From NCBI GenBank assembly GCA_964276515.1, contig OZ193910.1, positions 7,564,001-7,628,000 of the forward strand: DNA of 64,000 nucleotides, in the 5' to 3' direction. Below, piece after piece: positions 41,501-48,620 of the stretch (position 1 is its first letter; each line of letters opens with the position of its first letter). The translations under genes and the position numbers were made by a program. The notes beneath the pieces were generated by a model. That model had not been told where the DNA came from. It did not search any database and was given only the letters and a program-made list of their open reading frames with translations. The stretch comes from Gordius albopunctatus. Lineage: Eukaryota.

Positions 41501-42547
41501 GTCCTTGTTAGAATCTTGATAGGAATTTTTGCGTTGGCGATGTTTGAGATTGAGAGAAATTAAAATTTTCGTGTGGCGTTTAGATTGATTAAAAATCGCT
41601 TTATAAGCGTGTCTCTAGTTTTAGTGAAACAAGCTCTATGCGATCGTGATTTAGAGTTAATAATTTTTGATGACTGATCAAAAAAATGTTTTTCAAGGAA
41701 TTCATCTCTTATACGGAAAACTTTCATGAGAGCTATATGGTTGAACAAAAAAAATTAAAACAATTTCGAGGTCGAAAAAAATATTATTTTTCATATTCTT
41801 TCGAAAGGGAGATGAAAAAATCTTTAAAAGTTAGTAAATATTCTTAGAATTTTGTCCTTGTTAGAATCTTGATAGGAATTTTTGCGTTGGCGATGTTTGA
41901 GATTGAGAGAAATTAAAATTTTCGTGTGGCGTTTAGATTGATTAAAAATCGCTTTATAAGCGTGTCTCTAGTTTTAGTGAAACAAGCTCTATGCGATCGT
42001 GATTTAGAGTTAATAATTTTTGATGACTGATCAAAAAAATGTTTTTCAAGGAATTCATCTCTTATACGGAAAACTTTAATGAGAGCTATATGGTTGAACA
42101 AAAAAATTGAAAAAATTTTGAGGTCGAAAAAAATATTTTTTTTCATATTCTTCCGTAAGGGAGATGAAAAAATCTTTAAAAGTTATTAAATATTCTTAGC
42201 ATTTTGTCCTTGTTAGAATCTTGATAGGAATTTTTGCGTTGGCGATGTTTGAGATTGAGAGAAATTAAAATTTTCGTGTGGCGTTTAGATTGATTAAAAA
42301 TCGCTTTATAAGCGTGTCTCTAGTTTTAGTGAAACAAGCTCTATGCGATCGTGATTTAGAGTTAATAATTTTTGATGACTGATCAAAAAAATGTTTTTCA
42401 AGGAATTCATCTCTTATACGGAAAACTTTCATGAGAGCTATATGGTTGAACAAAAAAAATTAAAACAATTTCGAGGTCGAAAAAAATATTATTTTTCATA
42501 TTCTTTCGAAAGGGAGATGAAAAAATCTTTAAAAGTTAGTAAATATT
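23529..42547. repeat. Tandem satellite array, ~353-bp monomer (middle block)
   Basis: Resumes at CACCTCTTATACC; same monomer and orientation; ends at ...AGTAAATATT before the LTR. Confidence 0.99.
42543..42547 (+). other. Target-site duplication ATATT (left copy; right copy 48621-48625)
   Basis: Satellite GTAAATATTCTTAG is split as GTAAATATT|TGTGG...TTACA|ATATTCTTAG. Confidence 0.97.
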
Positions 42548-43206
42548 TGTGGTATACGTGTATACCACGATACCAGATGTTATAGTATACAGCGTTTTAT
42601 TTAATGTCCGCGGTATAAGCGTGTTATTTAATGTTCGCGGTATACTTTGATCTTAATTAAAATTATTTTATTAATGTTAATGTAAAAGGGTTAACGAACG
42701 GTTCCGCAATCCTTGTAATTAAAAAAAAGGAATTGGTCAAAAGAAGACACTTTTACCGCAGGTTAACCCAGACGCGGAAGTGGCTAATTCTCTTTGACGC
42801 TCTCTTTTTTTAATTACTTTTACTTTTTATTTTTAACTCAGCCACATCTGTTACTAATCTTTGCAGCCCCGTCTGAAGATTTGCTAATTCAATCAAGCCG
42901 ACCACCCTGGGGAGATCCAACAGCTATAAAAGCGAAAATCTCACTTCACTAAAAAAAAGTCCTCGTAAATTTGTCCAAAGTACTCGTAAATTTTTCCCCA
43001 GTCCTTCGAAGTTTTCCCCTAACTTTGTATTTTCCCCAAGACCCTTATAATTGTTTCCAATCCCTACGCCTTCGCTCTTTTACTATAATATTATTGAATT
43101 TTGTAATCTAATCTTCGCGAATATTAATCTGTCTTATTGTCGTAAATAAATTCGCATCTTTCTTTTATACTTAATATTTAAACGCCTTAGACCGCCGTCC
43201 ATTACA
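42548..43206 (+). repeat. 5' LTR (659 bp)
   Basis: TGTGGTATACG...GTCCATTACA; matches 47962-48620 at offset 5414 with 4 mismatches by eye. Confidence 0.98.
42925..42932 (+). promoter_or_regulatory. Candidate TATA box in LTR (TATAAAAG; 3' LTR copy 48339-48346)
   Basis: Consensus TATAAAAG following a GC-richer stretch in mid-LTR. Confidence 0.55.
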
Positions 43207-43208
43207 TT

Positions 43209-43219
43209 TGGTGTCAGAA
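43209..43219 (+). promoter_or_regulatory. Primer-binding site, probably tRNA-Leu
   Basis: TGGTGTCAGAA starts 2 nt after the LTR-terminal CA; complementary to the ...UUCUGACACCA 3' end found in metazoan tRNA-Leu species. Confidence 0.8.
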
Positions 43220-43796
43220 TCGCCCTCTTCTTAAAAAAAAAGGAATCGTAAGTAAAAATAATTTTTTTTAGTGAAAGATTTTTATTTGAATGTTGGTTTA
43301 AATAATTATAATTGAATATAAGGTCTGATCGAATATTTCTGTTGTAAAATATTGGAATAGATTTGATCATATAATGTTCGGTTGTAAAATATTATATTGA
43401 AGTTATTAGGAGGTGAATATTTCTATTTATGCATAATAATGGATAAAGGGTTTTTATGTTTGATAATTTTACTTTTAATCGTGATACTTATATTAAATTA
43501 TTATTATATACGTCTATGTTTAATAAAATGGTTACTGTATACATTATGATAATTAATTTATTTGAAAACTCTTGTTTGATTTACTTAATTAATTTTTGAT
43601 TAAACGAAAACTTTTGTTTAGATTACTTAATTAAGCTTGGTTTTAATTAAATTGCTTTATTTAATTAAATTTGATTTTCTATTTAAATTATTTAGTTTAT
43701 TTAATTTAAATTGCTGTTTGATTGAATTTGATTTCTATTTAAATTATTTAGTTTAATTAATTTAAATATAGTTCTGATTGCATTTGGTAATTTATA

Positions 43797-44300
43797 ATGT
43801 TTGGTTTTTACACGCCGCCGTCAATTGGTATCAATTTTTTTAATTATTTGTGCGCAGATAAATTACTTGTATATATATCAATTTTAAGCATATTAGTTTT
43901 ATTTGTCTTATATAAATTAAAGAAAATAGAAAAAGTTTTTGTACTTAAGGCTAATTTTAAATCTAATATAAGATGTTATGGATGTGGGCAACGGGGACAT
44001 CTCAAAAGGGATTGTGACAATAAATATTTTAAAAGGGGGAATACGGGAAATTGCAGATATATTTCGGAAAATTTTGCACAACGGGGTCCGAGAGAAAATT
44101 TTAATAATTATGCGCAACCCCATAGACCCTACACTGACTATAGATTTAACCAGAAAAACGTTCCAAGTTTTAACGCACCCACCACTTCGAATAATTACGA
44201 CAACACAAAAGAGGTTGGGGACGGTAAATTTTGTTATAAGTGTAGAGGACACGTCAATCACGCGCAAACAGTTGCTAATGGGCAAACTGTGTTTGATTGA
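43797..44300 (+). CDS. gag: ORF1, short gag-like protein (167 aa): hydrophobic stretch plus CCHC zinc knuckle, no recognisable capsid domain
   Basis: CYGCGQRGHLKRDC (CX2CX4HX4C, 43974-44015); degenerate second knuckle CYKCRGHVNH; gag position upstream of the protease; in-frame TAA at 43788-43790 bounds it upstream. Confidence 0.75.
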   Translation: MFGFYTPPSIGINFFNYLCADKLLVYISILSILVLFVLYKLKKIEKVFVLKANFKSNIRCYGCGQRGHLKRDCDNKYFKRGNTGNCRYISENFAQRGPRENFNNYAQPHRPYTDYRFNQKNVPSFNAPTTSNNYDNTKEVGDGKFCYKCRGHVNHAQTVANGQTVFD

Positions 44301-44330
44301 CTAGCGCAAGATAATTCAAATTACATTGAT

Positions 44331-47300
44331 ATGCGCAAGGTAGATATAAATAAAGTTTTAAATTCGTCAGCTTCACCTTTAGTGATAGTAAATGTCGATA
44401 ATTTTAAGCTAACATTTATATTAGATACTGGCGCCGCAATATCCATTATTAGTTTTAAAACATTTAAAAAATTTTGGCCGGATCGAAATTTTGAAACTGC
44501 TAATATAATTGCTAAGCAACTTGATAATACTTTAATAACTGTTTTAGGTAAAATTAATGTTTTGGTTAAAGTGGCAGAATTTGTAGTTGAATTGGATTTA
44601 TTTATTATTAAAGAGAACGTAGATAACATAATGGGCTGGTCCTGGATTAGGATAATTGGGCCCAAAATTCAATGGTGGGGATTATGTAATAAAAGTAATG
44701 CTCGCAAAATTTTGAAAGTTGAGGTTAAGTCCATGGTGATGTCGAAGGCGTTGTCAGGTAGTTCACAGTGCAGGGATTTCACACCCGTTTTTCATTCTGA
44801 GTTAGAGCGCATAGCTCATAAATCAGATAACTCGGGAGGTCCCGTCTGCCAAGAACAACCCATTTTTCAGGCCGATTTAAAGTGCGGGGTACCTTTGGTA
44901 CCCACATGCCATAAATTAGCTAATTTGGAGGCAAAGTCTGATTTGGTCACAACATGGCACACCAAGATTGATAATATAAAAAACCAATTCTCTAAAATTT
45001 TTGAACCTGGTTTAGGATGTTTAAATGACGAAATATTTTCGGTTAGAGTTGATTTAAATGCCATTCCTAAATTTTGTTCTGCCAGACGCGTACCTTTTAT
45101 TTTAAAAAATAAGGTCGACGAGGTAATTAAAACATGGTTAAAGGATAATGTAATTGAACCTATTGGCTATTCGGAATGGGCCACACCTTTAGTACCTGTC
45201 AGGAAGACTGACGGTACAATTAGGGTTTGTGCTGATTATAGAATCACGGTAAACAAATGTATTATTGAGGTAAAATACCCCTTACCTAGGTTAGAAATTA
45301 TTTTTGCTAAATTAATAGGCGCTAAATTTTTCTCAAAAATTGACCTTGCCAATGCTTATTTGCAGTTACAGGTAGATGAAAAGTCATCGCGGCTCCTAAC
45401 AATTAATACCGAGGCCGGACTTTTTAAATTTAAAAGGCTACCTTTTGGCTTAAGCATTTCAGCTGCTATTTTTCAGCGTGCTATGGCGTCGATTTTTAGT
45501 AATTTAGACGGTATAATATTTTATTTGGACGATATATTAATAACGGGACGAACGAGAGATGAGCATGATTTGCGTCTTGTTCAGGTCTTGAATTTAATTA
45601 GTCTAAAAGATTTAAAAGTTTCAGCTAAAAAATGTGTTTTTGGGACTGAACAAATTAGCTATTTAGGACATATTTTAAATAATGGTAATATTCAACCAAA
45701 GTATGACAAGATAGAAGCCATTAAAAATGTTAAGTTGCCTACTAATAAAAAGGAACTATCGTCATTTATGGGTTTAATGAATTATTATAGTAAATTTATA
45801 AATAATTACACTGAATATGCTGGACCATTATACGAACTGACAAAAAAAGACATCATATTTAAATGGAGTAAAAGTGATATTGAAAAATTTGATTTTTTGA
45901 AAAATATCTTGCTTAAAAAACCCATTTTAAGATGTTTTGATCCTAATAAACAACATATATTAAGGGTCGATGCGTCTAATATTGGTATTGGAGGCGCATT
46001 ATGTCAGGTCGAGGATGGTATGGAGCATCCAATTTTGTATTTTTCGCGTAAATTAAATAAAACAGAGGTCGGATATTCGGTTATAGAACGCGAGGCATTA
46101 GCGATGATTTACGGTTTACAGCGATGTCGCGAATATTTAATTGGCAAATCGTTTACTGTGATCACCGATCATAAGCCGCTTGTTGCTTTATTTAAAAAGG
46201 CGAACGCCGAACTATTAATGTCTCCTAGATTACAACGTTGGCTTGTAATGTTGGGTAATTTTACATTAACCCTAAAATACGGCAAGGGAGAGGATAATCA
46301 TTTGGCTGATGTACTATCGCGTTTGGGCGCAGATAACATTGAGGCCGAAGATTTACCTTTGTCTTGTGATATTATAGGAGGACATGTAATCAATTCTTTG
46401 AATATTTTAGATTTAAATGATATTGTTAATGAAAGTAACAGGGACCCTGAAATATGTAAAGTAAAGAATATTTTGGCGGGCTTAGACGATAAAATTAATG
46501 TACCTATTCCTTTTAAACATATTTTGAACGAATTATATTTAGAAGATAATGTTCTTAAAAAGCATGAAAGGTTAGTGGTACCGATTAAGCTTCGTCAGGA
46601 AGTGCTAAAAATATTACATCAGGGACACTGTGGAATGGTTAAAATGAAAAGCTTGGCTAGACAATATGTCTGGTGGCCGCAGTTAACTAAAGATATCCAA
46701 AAATTCGTTAGGCAGTGTGAGCTTTGTAAGCTTGATGCACCGATGCCGCGTAGAAATAAAAAATCTAAGTGGCCTCGTCCTAAATTTCCATGGGAGCGTA
46801 TACACATAGATTTTTTTGAATTAGATAAAAAACGGTACATATTAATAGTAGATGCATTTTCCGGTTGGGCGGAATTTAGAATTATATCAAATATATCTAG
46901 TAGAGTAACAATTACAATTTTGAAGGAATTGATAGGAAATTATGGGTTTCCAGAAATAATTGTTACGGATAATGGTAAAGCTTTTGTTAGCAACGAATTT
47001 AAACAATTTTGTTTAAAATATAAAATTAATCATATTTTAACTCCACCGTACCATCCAAGCTCTAATGGGCAGGTAGAAAGGTATGTAGGTATTGTTAAAA
47101 AATGGTTAAAAATAGCTAAAGTAACGAAGGACGGAACGTGGTTATCTAAACTTTATCACAATATGTCACCACGGTATCCTAATCGTGCTCCGGTTAGCTA
47201 TGAGTTTTTGAATCGTAAATTAAGGTACCCACCCGATTTGTTAGAGTTCACTGAACACCAAACATCGCCCAGTATTAGTGTGCCAAAGTTTAAGGTAAAC

Positions 47301-47459
47301 CAAAGAGTTTGGTATCGAAACTATTTGGGGAAACCTAAATGGGTGTTAGGTGTAATTATCGAACAATTAGGGACAAAAGTTTATAAAGTTAAGGACTCAA
47401 ATGAAAATAAATTTGAAATTAGGCACGCGGAACAATTAAAATTGTTTGATGCTATATGA
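44331..47459 (+). CDS. pol: Pol polyprotein: aspartic protease, reverse transcriptase, RNase H, integrase (1042 aa; frame open from 44301)
   Basis: LDTGA (protease); LPFG and YLDD (RT); DAS and YSVIEREALA, TDHKPL (RNase H); H-x3-H...C-x2-C plus IHIDF, VTDNG, NGQVER (integrase HHCC/DDE); C-terminal FKVNQRVW...W...RH module. No internal stops. Confidence 0.98.
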   Translation: MRKVDINKVLNSSASPLVIVNVDNFKLTFILDTGAAISIISFKTFKKFWPDRNFETANIIAKQLDNTLITVLGKINVLVKVAEFVVELDLFIIKENVDNIMGWSWIRIIGPKIQWWGLCNKSNARKILKVEVKSMVMSKALSGSSQCRDFTPVFHSELERIAHKSDNSGGPVCQEQPIFQADLKCGVPLVPTCHKLANLEAKSDLVTTWHTKIDNIKNQFSKIFEPGLGCLNDEIFSVRVDLNAIPKFCSARRVPFILKNKVDEVIKTWLKDNVIEPIGYSEWATPLVPVRKTDGTIRVCADYRITVNKCIIEVKYPLPRLEIIFAKLIGAKFFSKIDLANAYLQLQVDEKSSRLLTINTEAGLFKFKRLPFGLSISAAIFQRAMASIFSNLDGIIFYLDDILITGRTRDEHDLRLVQVLNLISLKDLKVSAKKCVFGTEQISYLGHILNNGNIQPKYDKIEAIKNVKLPTNKKELSSFMGLMNYYSKFINNYTEYAGPLYELTKKDIIFKWSKSDIEKFDFLKNILLKKPILRCFDPNKQHILRVDASNIGIGGALCQVEDGMEHPILYFSRKLNKTEVGYSVIEREALAMIYGLQRCREYLIGKSFTVITDHKPLVALFKKANAELLMSPRLQRWLVMLGNFTLTLKYGKGEDNHLADVLSRLGADNIEAEDLPLSCDIIGGHVINSLNILDLNDIVNESNRDPEICKVKNILAGLDDKINVPIPFKHILNELYLEDNVLKKHERLVVPIKLRQEVLKILHQGHCGMVKMKSLARQYVWWPQLTKDIQKFVRQCELCKLDAPMPRRNKKSKWPRPKFPWERIHIDFFELDKKRYILIVDAFSGWAEFRIISNISSRVTITILKELIGNYGFPEIIVTDNGKAFVSNEFKQFCLKYKINHILTPPYHPSSNGQVERYVGIVKKWLKIAKVTKDGTWLSKLYHNMSPRYPNRAPVSYEFLNRKLRYPPDLLEFTEHQTSPSISVPKFKVNQRVWYRNYLGKPKWVLGVIIEQLGTKVYKVKDSNENKFEIRHAEQLKLFDAI

Positions 47460-47486
47460 TTATGTTCAACGTTTATTGTTATTCAG

Positions 47487-47954
47487 ATGAGAATTAATGC
47501 TGCCTGGTGCGACGTGGATTTAGAGGTGACATCCACGGCATCGAGGAACGAAAGAGTTCCAGTGTATATACTAATAAAAGTGGAGACGAACGAAAGTGCA
47601 AGATTGTTGAACTTGACGCACTCTCCGGGTCCGCCGAGACAGGTTGGGAGATCGTACGCACAAGGCTCAAGAGCCCCAAAACAACCAAGACAGGAAGAGG
47701 CTGCGGTCAGAAGCAGAGATACGAACGAAGAGCAGCGACGAAACGTGTCTGGGAATCAACCGTTGCTGCGGCCTCCGATCTTGAAAAGAAAGAAGTGTTG
47801 GGGGTGTAAAAGCAAGCACTTGCCCCCAATGTGCTTCAAAGCAAAAACTGGTTCGGGGAAGAAAACTCAACTCAAAGATGTAGCAGAGCTGGAGTCCAGG
47901 GTGACTATGGACACCCTGACCTTGGACAGCCCCGGTCCTTCAACTTCCCAATAA
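47487..47954 (+). CDS. ORF3, 155-aa basic protein with CX2CX3HX4C knuckle, unknown function
   Basis: Fills nearly the whole pol-to-3'LTR interval; KRKK followed by CWGCKSKHLPPMC (47796-47834); stop lies 7 nt before the LTR. Confidence 0.7.
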   Translation: MRINAAWCDVDLEVTSTASRNERVPVYILIKVETNESARLLNLTHSPGPPRQVGRSYAQGSRAPKQPRQEEAAVRSRDTNEEQRRNVSGNQPLLRPPILKRKKCWGCKSKHLPPMCFKAKTGSGKKTQLKDVAELESRVTMDTLTLDSPGPSTSQ

Positions 47955-47961
47955 TGGAAGG
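47950..47961 (+). promoter_or_regulatory. Weak polypurine tract (AATAATGGAAGG)
   Basis: Purine-rich (10 of 12) and immediately abuts the 3' LTR TG. Confidence 0.55.
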
Positions 47962-48620
47962 TGTGGTATACGTGTATACCACGATACCAGATGTTATAGT
48001 ATACAGCGTTTTATTTAATGTCCGCGGTATAAGCGTGTTATTTAATGTTCGCGGTATACTTTGATCTTAATTAAAATTATTTTATTAATGTTAATGTAAA
48101 AGGGTTAACGAACGGTTCCGCAATCCTTGTAATTAAAAAAAAGGAATTGGTCAAAAGAAGACACTTTTACCGCAGGTTAACCCAGACGCGGAAGTGGCTA
48201 ATTCTCTTTGACGCTCTCTTTTTTTAATTACTTTTACTTTTTATTTTTAACTCAGCCACATCTGTTACTAATCTTTGCAGCCCCGTCTGAAGATTTGCTA
48301 ATTCAATCAAGCCGACCACCCTGGGGAGATCCAACAGCTATAAAAGCGAAAATCTCACTTCACTAAAAAAAAGTCCTCGTAAATTTGTCCAAAGTACTCG
48401 TAAATTTTTCCCCAGTCCTTCGAAGTTTTCCCCTAACTTTGTATTTTCCCCAAGACCCTTATAATTGTTTCCAATCCCTACGCCTTCGCTCTTTTACTAT
48501 AATATTATTGAATTTTGTAATCTAATCTTCGCGAATATTAATCTGTCTTATTGTCGTAAATAAATTCGCATCTTTCTTTTATACCTAATATTTTTTCGCC
48601 TTAGACCGCCGTCCATTACA
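47962..48620 (+). repeat. 3' LTR (659 bp)
   Basis: TGTGGTATACG...GTCCATTACA followed by TSD ATATT. Confidence 0.98.
48559..48564 (+). terminator. Candidate polyadenylation signal AATAAA in 3' LTR (5' LTR copy 43145-43150)
   Basis: AATAAA ~56 nt before the LTR end, followed by T-rich sequence. Confidence 0.5.

Larger units (their letters stand above)
42548..48620 (+). mobile_element. Two-LTR Ty3/Gypsy retrotransposon (Mag-like), 6073 bp
   Basis: Two 659-bp TG...CA LTRs, 5-bp TSD, PBS, and pol in PR-RT-RH-IN order. RT segments SEWATPLVPVRKTDGTIRVCADYR and FSKIDLANAYLQL plus the 5-bp TSD resemble the Mag lineage (lineage call less certain than the Gypsy call). Confidence 0.97.

Noticed and set aside
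42614..42624. LTR 11-mer TATAAGCGTGT shared with the satellite, suggesting the satellite derives from the LTR
   Set aside because: One 11-bp match between AT-rich sequences of this size is plausible by chance and does not extend.
47280..47459. Chromodomain at the integrase C-terminus
   Set aside because: The sequence fits the ordinary SH3-like integrase C-terminal module; no chromodomain pattern is recognisable.
43797..47954. Host genetic code with UGA reassigned as a sense codon
   Set aside because: The 1042-codon pol has no internal TGA and uses TGG for Trp and TGY for Cys; the TGAs occur only at ORF boundaries.
43917..48064. Overlapping or antisense ORFs in the element (43917-44285, 43978-44304, 44321-44665, 44867-45064, 46619-46840, 47494-47688, 47507-47809, 47667-47870, 47831-48064)
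   Set aside because: No motifs; shadows of the main frame or running into the LTR.
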